From: an uncultured delta proteobacterium | Lineage (GTDB): Bacteria > Myxococcota_A > Polyangia > Fen-1088 | Reading direction: 5' to 3' | NCBI GenBank assembly: GCA_963796685.1 | Contig: CAWCMR010000025.1 | Location: 1-64,000 of the forward strand | DNA: 64,000 nucleotides | Part shown: in pieces, positions 1 to 9,143 of the stretch | Layout of the letters: every line of letters begins with the position of its first letter | Numbering within the stretch: position 1 is the stretch's first letter | Translations under genes and position numbers: made by a program | Notes under the pieces: generated by a model | What the model was told of the DNA's origin: nothing | Seen by the model: only the letters and a program-made list of their open reading frames with translations | Databases searched by the model: none

Positions 1-32
1 GAGGTCGTCCGCCGGTCGACAGGGTTTCCATA

Positions 33-1463
33 TCAGCGTGTGTAGGTGAGGGTCGCGATCGAGCGGGATGGCAGAAAGACGCTGCCGTCGGATTCGAGCG
101 CGACCGCGGCGGTGCGTTCGCTGGCGCCCGAGCTGCGGTAGATGGCCAGCGAGCCGAACGGGAAGGCGCCCGGGCTCACCGCAACCATGTGGTCCTTGGC
201 GCTGGTGTTGAGGAGCACCAGGGTGAGGCTGCTACCGTCGGGGCTCACGAACGCCGACGAGCGAACCGAAGAAACCGAGGACGTCGCATCCACCCGAACC
301 CAACCCGGATCCGTCCAGCGCGCGAAGTGCTTGAGCGCGTAGTAGAGGTCGTTGATGGTGTAGGGCGAGCTCGAGGAGAAGCCTGCCACGGACACCAGCC
401 CGGTGGCCGGCGTCGAAGCGTTCCAGATGAGCTCCCAATAGATGTAGGCGGACACGTTCTCGACCGTGAGCGCGTTGTGGATCAGCCAAGCGGTGTCGAA
501 CATGGTCGGGGCATTGGGCGAGTACTCGGTCATGAAGGTCGGCAAGCCCAAGGCGGCGGCCGACCTGCCCACGCCGCCCATCGACCCGTTGAACCAGTCG
601 GGGTTCGGATTGTCCTCGGTGCTGCCGTAGAGATGATGGGCGACGCCCACGAGCTCGCTCGGATTGAGGCCGGCCAGGTACTTCTGCACGATGTTGTTGC
701 CGAAGCCGGTGGTCTCGGGCCCGACGAGGACGGGCCGCGAGGCCAGGCTCGACGCCGCAATCGCGTTGTAGACGGCATCCAGAGCCTGCCCGTAACCCGC
801 GGTGGCGATGCCTTCCAGGGTGGCGCCTTCGGTGGGGCCCCAAAGGCAAGTCTCCCATCCGCTGGTGAAGAAGTCGGGCTCGTTCTGAATGCTGATGTAG
901 TCGGGCACGACCCCCTGGGCTGCATAGGCTTGCAGCGAACGGACCCACCAGTCGGCAAACTCGGCGTAGGCATACGCGCCGCCGTTCTGAATGAGCGTGC
1001 CGGCCGCTTCCCCCGAGCCGCCGCCATAGGGTGGCCGGGTCATGCCATTGCTCTTGAGGTAGGATGGCGGCGACCAAGAAGACATCAAAATCTTGGGCGG
1101 AGTGCCGCCTCGCGCGGCGGTGGCCTTTTGCACGATCTGCACTGCTGCGGAGTCGGTAAACGGGGTGGTTGGGGTGGTGTTCGTGGAGCTCTGGTTCTGG
1201 TACCAATTCCCGAGCCGCAAAATGTCGAGCCCGGAATCGACGAACAAGACCTTGTAGATGTCGTCGTTGCGGCCCGACAAGATGGAGGACTGGTAAGCGG
1301 TCGCTGCACCAAAGCCCACCAGGGTCTGATGCGGGACGGTCGTGTCCACCACGACCGACACGTTGACTGGCTCTGGCGAAGCGCCGCACGCGCACGTCGC
1401 GAGAGCGACGCAAAGAACGCCGCCCCCACGCAGCGTTCGCAAAGGACCCGGGCAAAAATTCAT
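33..1463 (-). CDS. GH30 family glycoside hydrolase (xylanase-like), predicted lipoprotein
   Basis: Motifs Q-x-x-x-GFG, SSWSPP, SIQNEPD (acid/base Glu), AHHLY, FMTEY (nucleophile), HFARWTDPGWVRV; hydrophobic leader ending TCAC. Start moved to ATG 1463 (ORF is open to 1523). Confidence 0.85.
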   Translation of the reverse strand: MNFCPGPLRTLRGGGVLCVALATCACGASPEPVNVSVVVDTTVPHQTLVGFGAATAYQSSILSGRNDDIYKVLFVDSGLDILRLGNWYQNQSSTNTTPTTPFTDSAAVQIVQKATAARGGTPPKILMSSWSPPSYLKSNGMTRPPYGGGSGEAAGTLIQNGGAYAYAEFADWWVRSLQAYAAQGVVPDYISIQNEPDFFTSGWETCLWGPTEGATLEGIATAGYGQALDAVYNAIAASSLASRPVLVGPETTGFGNNIVQKYLAGLNPSELVGVAHHLYGSTEDNPNPDWFNGSMGGVGRSAAALGLPTFMTEYSPNAPTMFDTAWLIHNALTVENVSAYIYWELIWNASTPATGLVSVAGFSSSSPYTINDLYYALKHFARWTDPGWVRVDATSSVSSVRSSAFVSPDGSSLTLVLLNTSAKDHMVAVSPGAFPFGSLAIYRSSGASERTAAVALESDGSVFLPSRSIATLTYTR

Positions 1464-1714
1464 CGCCGGCACCCTAACACGAGCGCTGCGGATGCCTCGC
1501 CGATTCTCGCCCGGCCGAGGCAACGATCCAGGACACGGATTCGTCTCCCGCGACCTCGACGCCGTGACCTAGCCAGATTTGACAAAGACGCGCACAAAAA
1601 GGCGAGACTCGGCCCGCCCTGGAGCGAATTTCTGCCTCCGCGATGGCAACTCACGCGCATCGAGAATCGAACGAATGGTAGGTTCGAGGCTCTACGAAAG
1701 GATCCCAGGAGGAC

Positions 1715-3775
1715 ATGACCATGAGGACGCTTTTGCCCTTGGCTCTCGCCGTCGCTATCCCCGCGAGCCTCGTCGCTTGCAAATCGGACCCGCCGCAGCA
1801 CCTCGACGTGAACGTCGATTGGTCCGACACGAAGCAAACCATCGATGGCTTCGGCGCTTCCTCGGCGTTTTTCGGCGAATCCATCTCCGACGATGTGGCC
1901 GACCAACTCTTCGATGCCAAGAAGGGAATCGGACTTTCCCTGCTGCGCACCATGATCGGCGTGCCGGACGACACCCAAACGGACGGATCCGAGCCCGACA
2001 ATGCCCAGCCCGTCGCCACCGCACCGGAGCTGTTCACGGCCCAGCAGGCGATAACCCGTGGAGCCAAGGTCTGGGCCACGGCTTGGACGCCGCCGCCCAT
2101 CTGGAAGACGAAGAACAACAAGAACGGATCCGGAGACGGCTACCCCTCGAACAGCCTGGATCATTCTCACTACCCGGACTACGCCCAGTACCTGGCGAAC
2201 TTCGTCAAGCTCATGGCCGAAAACAGCGTTCCACTGCTGGGCCTCTCGCCAGCGAACGAGCCCGACTACGTCGCCACCTGGGACGGCGCCCAGTGGACCC
2301 CGGATGAGCTGACCACCTTCATCGGTCAGAACCTGGGCCCCACCCTCCCCCAGTCGGTGAAGATCGTCACCCCCGACACTGCCAGCTGGCTCAACTGCGA
2401 CAAGTACCTGACCCCGCTGCTGGCCGACTCGACCGCCAACGGCTACGTGCCCATCGTTGCGACCCACCCGTACTCCGCCGGCAACTGGAACTACACCAGG
2501 CCCCAGCAGAACGGGAAAGAGTTCTGGGAGACGGAATGGTCGCAGGAAAACATGAACGGTGACACGCCGGATCCGAGCATGACCAGCGCGCTCGACATGG
2601 CCCAGCACATCCATGACCACCTGACGATCGCGAACATGAACGCCTGGAACTGGTGGGCCATCTACATCACCGCCGACGACCTCAAGAGCGGAGACCAAGC
2701 CAAGGTCCGTGAGAACCCAGCCCTCATCCAGCCGGACAAGAACATGGGAGACTCGTACATGTTCAAGCGCGGGTACGCACTCGGAAACTGGTCCAAGTTC
2801 GTGCGTCCGGGCTTCCAACGCATCGGCGCGACCGACCACCCGACCGGCGGCGTGCTCGTGGAAGCGTATCGCGACTCGATCTCCCACATCGCCATCATCG
2901 CCATCAACTCCAACTCCGCCAAGGTGACCCAGAAGTTCATCATCAACGGCACCTCGATCGACAGCCTCACGCCCTGGATGACTTCACCCGATGACTCGCT
3001 TGCTGCCAAGGACTCGGTCTCCGCCAGCGACGGCTTCACCTACGATCTACCAGGCCAGAGCGTGGTCACCTTCGTGAACTGGGACGCCACCACGGAAACG
3101 CCCAACCAGGGGACCCTGCCCGTGATCAACCAGGACGGCGGAACGAGTGTCAAGCCCCCGACCGGCGGGCTCGACTGCTCCAATGCGATTGTCCCGGACA
3201 ATGGCGGGAACGGCGGCGTGACCGATTTCTCGGACTGGGGATCCAGCAAGTGGGGCAATACGAGTGGCCTGTGGGGCTACATGTACTCGTACAACGGGAC
3301 CAAGGGATCGACCATGAGCGCCGGCGCCGACTCCTCGGCCAAGAGCATGCACGTCACGGGCTCGGTCATGGCGGGTGACTACGGTGGTGCCGGCATCAGC
3401 TTCGGCGTGTGCGCCACTGTCACCTCGTTCTCGCAGATCCAGTTTACCTTGTCTGGCTCATCGCCAGGATGCGACCTGGAGCTGCAAATCAAGACCTTCG
3501 ACCAGCAGCCCGTCGATCAGAATCCGGCCGGAGGCTGCCTGCAAGACGCGTCCGCAGGCTGCTACAATTTCCCCGTCGCGAAGAAAGTGGCGGTGCCGTC
3601 CTCCGACCCCACGACCGTCACGACCTCGCTGGGCGATTTCTCGAGCTGGTCCGATGCCAACGCGGCCCAGGTGGTCGGGTTGCAGTGGCAGTGGACCGGC
3701 ACAGGGGTCGATCCCGACGCCGGTGTCGGCTGCCCCATCGACGTGAACATCACCGATATCAAGTTCGTGCCCTAG
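1715..3775 (+). CDS. GH30 family glycoside hydrolase lipoprotein with C-terminal putative carbohydrate-binding beta-sandwich domain
   Basis: GGAGGA RBS; lipobox LVAC; QTIDGFG, WTPP, PANEPD, WETEW, WSKFVRPG motifs; about 200 aa Cys/Trp-containing C-terminal domain after a linker. Confidence 0.88.
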   Translation: MTMRTLLPLALAVAIPASLVACKSDPPQHLDVNVDWSDTKQTIDGFGASSAFFGESISDDVADQLFDAKKGIGLSLLRTMIGVPDDTQTDGSEPDNAQPVATAPELFTAQQAITRGAKVWATAWTPPPIWKTKNNKNGSGDGYPSNSLDHSHYPDYAQYLANFVKLMAENSVPLLGLSPANEPDYVATWDGAQWTPDELTTFIGQNLGPTLPQSVKIVTPDTASWLNCDKYLTPLLADSTANGYVPIVATHPYSAGNWNYTRPQQNGKEFWETEWSQENMNGDTPDPSMTSALDMAQHIHDHLTIANMNAWNWWAIYITADDLKSGDQAKVRENPALIQPDKNMGDSYMFKRGYALGNWSKFVRPGFQRIGATDHPTGGVLVEAYRDSISHIAIIAINSNSAKVTQKFIINGTSIDSLTPWMTSPDDSLAAKDSVSASDGFTYDLPGQSVVTFVNWDATTETPNQGTLPVINQDGGTSVKPPTGGLDCSNAIVPDNGGNGGVTDFSDWGSSKWGNTSGLWGYMYSYNGTKGSTMSAGADSSAKSMHVTGSVMAGDYGGAGISFGVCATVTSFSQIQFTLSGSSPGCDLELQIKTFDQQPVDQNPAGGCLQDASAGCYNFPVAKKVAVPSSDPTTVTTSLGDFSSWSDANAAQVVGLQWQWTGTGVDPDAGVGCPIDVNITDIKFVP

Positions 3776-3894
3776 CACGATCGGCAAGCCGGCCACCCAA
3801 ACACGCGCCGCGCAGGACCCGCATCGGGCTGCAAAGCCCCCTGCCCCCCTTGCACAGCGCGTGATGGCAAAAACAAAACCACCACCCAACCCCC

Positions 3895-3923
3895 TTGACG
3901 GAAAGGAGCTTTCAGCCTAAACC
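3895..3923 (+). promoter_or_regulatory. Putative sigma70 promoter of tRNA-Gly
   Basis: TTGACG, 17-bp spacer, TAAACC, ending 11 bp before the tRNA. Confidence 0.55.
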
Positions 3924-3934
3924 ATGCAGCCTCT

Positions 3935-4006
3935 GCGGGCGTAACTCAGTGGTAGAGTGTCACCTTGCCAAGGTGAACGTCGAGGGTTCAAGTCCCTTCG
4001 CCCGCT
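3935..4006 (+). tRNA. tRNA-Gly(GCC), CCA not encoded; island attachment site
   Basis: Full cloverleaf: GCGGGCG/CGCCCGC acceptor stem, ACTC/GAGT D stem, TCACC-TTGCCAA-GGTGA anticodon arm, GAGGG-TTCAAGT-CCCTT T arm, U discriminator. Confidence 0.97.
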
Positions 4007-4046
4007 CCGAAAAGCAGAACAAAAATGGCTGGTTAGCGGTGCAACG

Positions 4047-5333
4047 CTAGCTGGCCCTTTTCTTTTCTGCGTCATGCACACCACCTTGCACACCACCATG
4101 CGATGTGTCGGCCATCGCCTCCTTCATCTTGACCAAGGAGATCACCTTTCCGAGGCTTTCCCGCATCTCTTCGGGAGCCACGGTGCTGTACCTGTGCTGC
4201 ATTGCCTCAGTGGCGTGACCTGATACTGCCCTGGTAACCACGTCCCCGATCTCCGCTGCCCGAGCAATGTCCTGGAACGTCCGCCGCATCCCCCTTGGCG
4301 TGATTCTCTTCGTCAGCTTGAGGGCGTCCACCACCTCTTGGAACGGTTTGTCCAACGTCGAAGGTGACTGAAGGCCCCCAAGGCAGGATGGAAACAGAAG
4401 GTCCGAAGCCTCCTGCTTTCCAGGTGGCAGGTTTTCCACGTGTTGGCGAAGAATCGCCATCAGGTCAGCGGGTAACGCCAGCCTCTGGTGTGCCTTCGTC
4501 TTGGTGGTGTTCATGATTTCCTGCTTCCTGCCATGCGACCGCCGGACAAGTATCACTCCCTCCTCCCACAAGACATCCGGACTCGGCCCCTTCCTTCGTA
4601 GTGGTCGCATGCTAGATGGTCGCAACCCTGTCGCAAACCCCAACGCCACCATGGCAAAGAACTGGGGAAAGAGACGATTCATCGTCGCCAAAAATCCAGG
4701 GACCTCGTCGACGGTGAGTGAGTTGGGCTGCTCATCGGTGTACGTGTGAAAGGTGCTCGTATCGAGCGTACCCACGTCGGCCGCAGGATCTCGTTCCAAC
4801 TCAAACTCGCCCTTGGCTGCACCCGTGATGACCTTCAAGATGGCGAGCCATCCGTTGAAGGTAGTAGGTGCCACCTCTCCAGCTTTCACCTTGGCAGCCA
4901 TCTTCAGCTTCCATGCTTCAACGTCTGACCGTCGAAGCTGGTCGACGTAGAAATCGCCGAATGCCGGGATGAGATGAAGACGGAGCACGTGACCCCACTT
5001 CTCCCGTCCCTTGATGGACCGTATGTCACCCTCCATCACCTTCTTCTCCAGCAACGACACGGCGTAGTCGTCGAAGCGCTGCCTCTCGACTGTGGCCACC
5101 CGTCCTGCCCTTACCTTCCGTAGCTCCTCCTGAAGGCGATGATATGCCCCGACTGCATCGACGTTCTCCAGCGTCAGCTTGACCTCGCACAGCTTCCCTG
5201 TTCTTGGGTTCACCGCTCGGCCGCGAATCAGGAATCCACCGTCCTTTCTGCGCCAGACCCCCGGTTTCGAGGGCTTGGGCGCGATCCATGATCTCCATCT
5301 TCGTTTCCACTTTTCTTTCTTCGTGTCTTCCAT
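4047..5333 (-). CDS. int: Tyrosine recombinase / phage-type integrase
   Basis: TGLRPSS (Arg I), TPRGMRRTF (box II), SGH and HRY (catalytic Tyr); GGAGG RBS before ATG 5333; adjacent to the tRNA. Confidence 0.9.
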   Translation of the reverse strand: MEDTKKEKWKRRWRSWIAPKPSKPGVWRRKDGGFLIRGRAVNPRTGKLCEVKLTLENVDAVGAYHRLQEELRKVRAGRVATVERQRFDDYAVSLLEKKVMEGDIRSIKGREKWGHVLRLHLIPAFGDFYVDQLRRSDVEAWKLKMAAKVKAGEVAPTTFNGWLAILKVITGAAKGEFELERDPAADVGTLDTSTFHTYTDEQPNSLTVDEVPGFLATMNRLFPQFFAMVALGFATGLRPSSMRPLRRKGPSPDVLWEEGVILVRRSHGRKQEIMNTTKTKAHQRLALPADLMAILRQHVENLPPGKQEASDLLFPSCLGGLQSPSTLDKPFQEVVDALKLTKRITPRGMRRTFQDIARAAEIGDVVTRAVSGHATEAMQHRYSTVAPEEMRESLGKVISLVKMKEAMADTSHGGVQGGVHDAEKKRAS

Positions 5334-5520
5334 TTGTGCCTCCGGTTGAAGGCGCACCTGGACATCCGAGGCCGATGGTATCACCGGGCAGGATGCCAAG
5401 AAGGAAGTTGTCGAGGTCCGCGATCAGCCACATCCACGTTCCCGTTCCCCCACGCCTACCAGACGGACGAACCTTGCCTTCCAGATACGCCTTCCGAAGT
5501 CCGCCGCTGGTCTTGAACCC
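5026..5520 (-). pseudogene. Excisionase-like HTH gene, 5' end cut off by the IS; tail overlaps int in another frame
   Basis: GFKTSGGLRKAYLEGKVRPSGRRGGTGTWMWLIADLDNFL resembles a winged-HTH excisionase; it starts at the IS end near 5520. Confidence 0.6.
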
Positions 5521-6741
5521 GTGCTGTCTCGAAAGGCGTCGCTGAAGCTCATGCGGCCTCGCGGTAGTAGAAGTTGAGGAGACCGCCGAGGCGCGAGCGA
5601 CAGGCGTCGTTGCCATCAGCCCTGTTGTCATTCGTCGCATCGTCCTGCTTTTTGATGAGTTGGCCGCCGATGCCCTGGTGAAAACGCTCGGAGTGATAGT
5701 GCTCGACGAATTCATTGATCAAGTGACGCAGATGTCGCTCGCCGAAAATCGCGAACTGGTTCAGACATTCGAATTTGATCGTCTTCACAAATCGCTCCGC
5801 GTGCGGATTGCAGTTCGGACTTTGCGCTGGGATCTGCACGCACTTCACGCCCCTTGCTGCGAGAATCCCGAGAAACGCCTCCGTGAACAACGGGTCTCCG
5901 TCGTGGACCAGGTGTGTCGCACCTCGGAGGAATCCATCGACCGGATCCACCAGGTTTCGTGCGATCTGCTTCATCCATTGACCGTCGGGATCGACTCGAA
6001 TCCCGGCGACCTCGACCACGCGACTCTTGATCTCTATGACGAAAAACACCATGTAGCGGACCATGCCGAATGCCCCCAACGCTTCCACGCTGAAAAAATC
6101 ACAGGCGTACAACGTGTCCCAGTGCATCTTCATGAATTGCTTCCACGTCCGCTTCTTCTCCCTCTCCGGCGCAGGCTCGATCCCTTCCTCCAGCAGGATG
6201 TTGGCCACCGTCGTTCGTCCGATCTCGATCTTCAATCCGGTCCGAAGGGCGTCTCGGATTTTCGTATATCCCCAGCCGAGATTCGCCAAGGCCATCTCGA
6301 TCACCATCTTGCGGATGTCCTTCCTCTTCCGCGGCCGACCGACCTTGCTTTCCGAGCTGTCGTACTTCCGCGCCGCCATCTGCCGAAACCACCCCAAGAT
6401 CGTTCCGGGCTTCACGATCTGGCAACACTTCTTCCGCTCTTCCGGGCTCAATGCCTTCCCCACCACGGCCAGCCGACGACGCTGATCCGCGGTGAACGAG
6501 AGCCGACCGTTGCCAGTGAGCGCCGCGACGATCTCCTTGAGAACCCGGACTTCCTCCTGCGTGTAGTCCAGCTTGCGCTGCATCCTCTCGTTGATCGCGC
6601 ACGCGATCATCGTGATGAGGAATTGGAGCGTCGCCGGCAGCATTCATCGCCACTTTGTTCCCTTAGACAGGCTGATTCAAGCTGTGTATCTCCGCGAATT
6701 CGTGCCAGAATTCCACCGACGGCTTTCCGGACACCACTCGG
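5519..6741 (-). mobile_element. Insertion sequence A (single-ORF rve/DDE transposase)
   Basis: Imperfect terminal IRs GTGCTGTCTCGAAAGGCGTCG (5521-5541) and CGACGGCTTTCCGGACACCAC (6717-6737), 17/21 match. Confidence 0.8.
5549..6643 (-). CDS. Integrase-core (rve) DDE transposase
   Basis: WGYTKIRDAL HTH, ACDFF (D1), HDGD (D2), SPNCNPHAERF (E), C-terminal RLGGLLNFYYREAA. Confidence 0.9.
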   Translation of the reverse strand: MLPATLQFLITMIACAINERMQRKLDYTQEEVRVLKEIVAALTGNGRLSFTADQRRRLAVVGKALSPEERKKCCQIVKPGTILGWFRQMAARKYDSSESKVGRPRKRKDIRKMVIEMALANLGWGYTKIRDALRTGLKIEIGRTTVANILLEEGIEPAPEREKKRTWKQFMKMHWDTLYACDFFSVEALGAFGMVRYMVFFVIEIKSRVVEVAGIRVDPDGQWMKQIARNLVDPVDGFLRGATHLVHDGDPLFTEAFLGILAARGVKCVQIPAQSPNCNPHAERFVKTIKFECLNQFAIFGERHLRHLINEFVEHYHSERFHQGIGGQLIKKQDDATNDNRADGNDACRSRLGGLLNFYYREAA

Positions 6742-6856
6742 GCACGACCGACGTCACCGGCACGTCATTGTACGCGGACCGATTTTTGGCGATGGACAGC
6801 AAGTCGAGCCGTCCCCCTATGTCACAATCCTGACGTACGCCCCTTCACCCGCGCAG

Positions 6857-7135
6857 CTACGTCAGCTTCACCTTGGACAGCGGCACGGCTGGCGACTGTT
6901 CAGGTAGGCCAAGTACTTCGACCTCGATTGGCTTGTCGATGGGTGGTTGGATGCGAAAGAAACGAGCGTCCCTTTCGACTGTGGCTTTAGGGGAGTAGAG
7001 ACGATCAAGCTGGACTCTTCGCAGGACTGATCTTGTGCCGGCCTGGTGAAAGAGAGCCCAGATCGTCCGCCGGCCTGCTTCGCGCGTGGCGAGCGCTCGA
7101 CGAACGCCGTTCAAGATGTAAAGCTTCCCTTTCAC
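6857..7135 (-). CDS. Small ParB/Sulfiredoxin-like protein (possibly circularly permuted)
   Basis: LYILNGVRRALA resembles the ParB YEIIAGERRWRA motif; GTG start overlaps the PP2C stop (GTGA). Confidence 0.55.
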   Translation of the reverse strand: MKGKLYILNGVRRALATREAGRRTIWALFHQAGTRSVLRRVQLDRLYSPKATVERDARFFRIQPPIDKPIEVEVLGLPEQSPAVPLSKVKLT

Positions 7136-7743
7136 TTGCTCTCGATGATCGCGATTGCAACGTCGTCTTGCAGGGCTCCGCTCCTCATTCTGACACCCGC
7201 AACGAGGGTCTCGGACGCTGCCTCAAGAGGTCGGAGGGCGGCGGCCTTGGCGATGCGGGCGCGGTCTAGGTACTTCCACAGTCCGTCAGTCGCTACGAGG
7301 AGCGAGCATTCCTTGACATGTGTCTCGAATCCAATGGGGAGCGCTCTCCCCTCGCCTAGTAGAGGTTTGCGCACCTGTTCGGCAGTGAGGTTTTGCGCCA
7401 TGCCGTCCATGAAGGTCCATGCCTCGCAGTCTCCGACGCTCGCCCCGACGACAGAACCATCATCTCGGACTTCGACGATGACGGCGGCGGCGAGCCCCGA
7501 AGATCCAGACATCTGGCGGTCGACCTTTGCAAGGCATTGAGTCCAATCGATGGCGATGTCTCGATGGCATTGTTCGACGACTGCCTTGCAGACGGCTTCT
7601 GCCGCCACAGCTCCGCCCGCGACGCCGCCGGCACCGTCCGCGACGACGAAGACAGTGCGGCCGGCCAGAGGGATGACCTCGATGCGGTCTTCCCCGCGCC
7701 CTGGCCGGGCGTCTTCCCGCCTCGTTGTCCACTGCGCGAGCAT
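7132..7743 (-). CDS. Compact PP2C/PPM-family protein phosphatase
   Basis: EDR, VADGAGG, SVGDC, ATDGLW and QDDVA metal-binding motifs. Confidence 0.85.
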   Translation of the reverse strand: MLAQWTTRREDARPGRGEDRIEVIPLAGRTVFVVADGAGGVAGGAVAAEAVCKAVVEQCHRDIAIDWTQCLAKVDRQMSGSSGLAAAVIVEVRDDGSVVGASVGDCEAWTFMDGMAQNLTAEQVRKPLLGEGRALPIGFETHVKECSLLVATDGLWKYLDRARIAKAAALRPLEAASETLVAGVRMRSGALQDDVAIAIIESK

Positions 7744-7788
7744 GGTTGAAGTCTACCCTACTTTTCGCTCTTCGCGCATTCGGGTGAT

Positions 7789-9012
7789 CCGTCTTGGCTA
7801 CTTTCCTCATCCCGAGGCATTTCGCGAGGATAGACGAGTCTCGGCGGACCTGGACTGGCTACCGGGATCGTGGTCCAACAGCACCATGCCTTCTATCGCC
7901 ACACCGATCCTTGCTGCGGTTCGCCGTCTTTGGTCCTACCTTGCCCCGCTCCGGGACCGGGTTGAACCGATCCAGGTCGTTGCCGATCTTTGCCGCCGCT
8001 CCCGACGTGAACTCGTCGTCGAAAACGCCACTCTCCGCCACCAACTCAGCGTACTCCGACGGACCGGCGGCCGTCCACGTCTCGGACTGACCGATAGGCT
8101 TCGACTGCTCGTCGGCGCCGCCTTGTTACCTGCATGGCGGAAGGCCATCGTGGTCGTGCAACCCGAGACGATTCTCAAATGGCATCGGGCTGGCTTTCGC
8201 CTGTTCTGGCGGCACAGGTCAAAGTCCGGAAATCTTGCACGCCTCAACGCGGACACCATCGAGCTGATACGCAACATGGCCAAGAGTGATCGTCTGTGGG
8301 GCGCGGAGCGCATCCGCGGCGAGCTGCTCAAGCTCGGCATCAAGGTCAGCAATCGCACGGTCCAGAAGTACATGCGTGGGATTCGGACGAATCATCGAGG
8401 GCAAAGCTGGGCCACCTTCCTGGCCAACCACGCTGATGCCACATGGGCCTGCGATTTCATCCAGGCGTACGACATCCTCTTCCGGCAGGTATATGCGTTC
8501 TTCATCGTGCACCTGGGCTCGCGCAAGGTTGTGTATACGGCGGCATGTCGGAACCCGACGCAGGAGTGGACCGCGCAGCAGCTGCGCAATGCAACCATGG
8601 ACGGCGACGCACCGAAGATCTTGCTGCGCGATCGGGACGACAAGTTTGGGGCGTCGTTCGACCGTGTGGCCAAGGGCGTGGGTACGCGGGTGATTAAGAC
8701 CGCGGTGCGCGCGCCTGATATGAATGCCGTGGCTGAGAGATTCGTCGGTAGCGCACGGCGCGAGATGCTCGACCACGTGATCGTGCTCAATGATGAGCAT
8801 CTTGGTCGCCTGGTCGGGAAGTACAAGCAGTACTTCAACGAGGCGAGGCCGCATCAGGGAATCGGCCAGCGGATTCCTGGGAAGCCGGCGGCAGTCGCCG
8901 ACATCACCAAACCCATCGTGGCCAGTCCCGTGCTCGGAGGACTTCACCACGACTACCGGAGGGCCGCATGATGCCGGCATTTGTCGGCGGATGAGCTCGG
9001 TAGCCAGCACGG
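7789..9012 (+). mobile_element. Insertion sequence B (single-ORF rve/DDE transposase)
   Basis: Imperfect IRs CCGTCTTGGCTACTTTCCTCATCC (7789-7812) and GGATGAGCTCGGTAGCCAGCACGG (8989-9012); no clear target duplication. Confidence 0.8.
7886..8971 (+). CDS. Integrase-core (rve) DDE transposase
   Basis: LWGAERIRGELLKLG HTH, WACDF, RDRD, APDMNAVAERF, LGGLHHDYRRAA; start placed at ATG 7886 inside the IR boundary. Confidence 0.88.
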   Translation: MPSIATPILAAVRRLWSYLAPLRDRVEPIQVVADLCRRSRRELVVENATLRHQLSVLRRTGGRPRLGLTDRLRLLVGAALLPAWRKAIVVVQPETILKWHRAGFRLFWRHRSKSGNLARLNADTIELIRNMAKSDRLWGAERIRGELLKLGIKVSNRTVQKYMRGIRTNHRGQSWATFLANHADATWACDFIQAYDILFRQVYAFFIVHLGSRKVVYTAACRNPTQEWTAQQLRNATMDGDAPKILLRDRDDKFGASFDRVAKGVGTRVIKTAVRAPDMNAVAERFVGSARREMLDHVIVLNDEHLGRLVGKYKQYFNEARPHQGIGQRIPGKPAAVADITKPIVASPVLGGLHHDYRRAA

Positions 9013-9143
9013 TGGAAGCAACCGTCCCGGTCAGCCGCTGCAACGCCTTGATCTCATGGCAGAATCCGCGTGCTACGCCGGCGGGAAACTGCAGGAAAGG
9101 ACGTGGCGAATTTCGGTGGACCGGTTCACCGCGGCCCATATCA

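Noticed and set aside
3917-4223. Small ORFs across the tRNA and att sites (also 12518-12844 and 12684-13508)
   Set aside because: They are translations of tRNA, att and IS-scrap sequence rather than genes.
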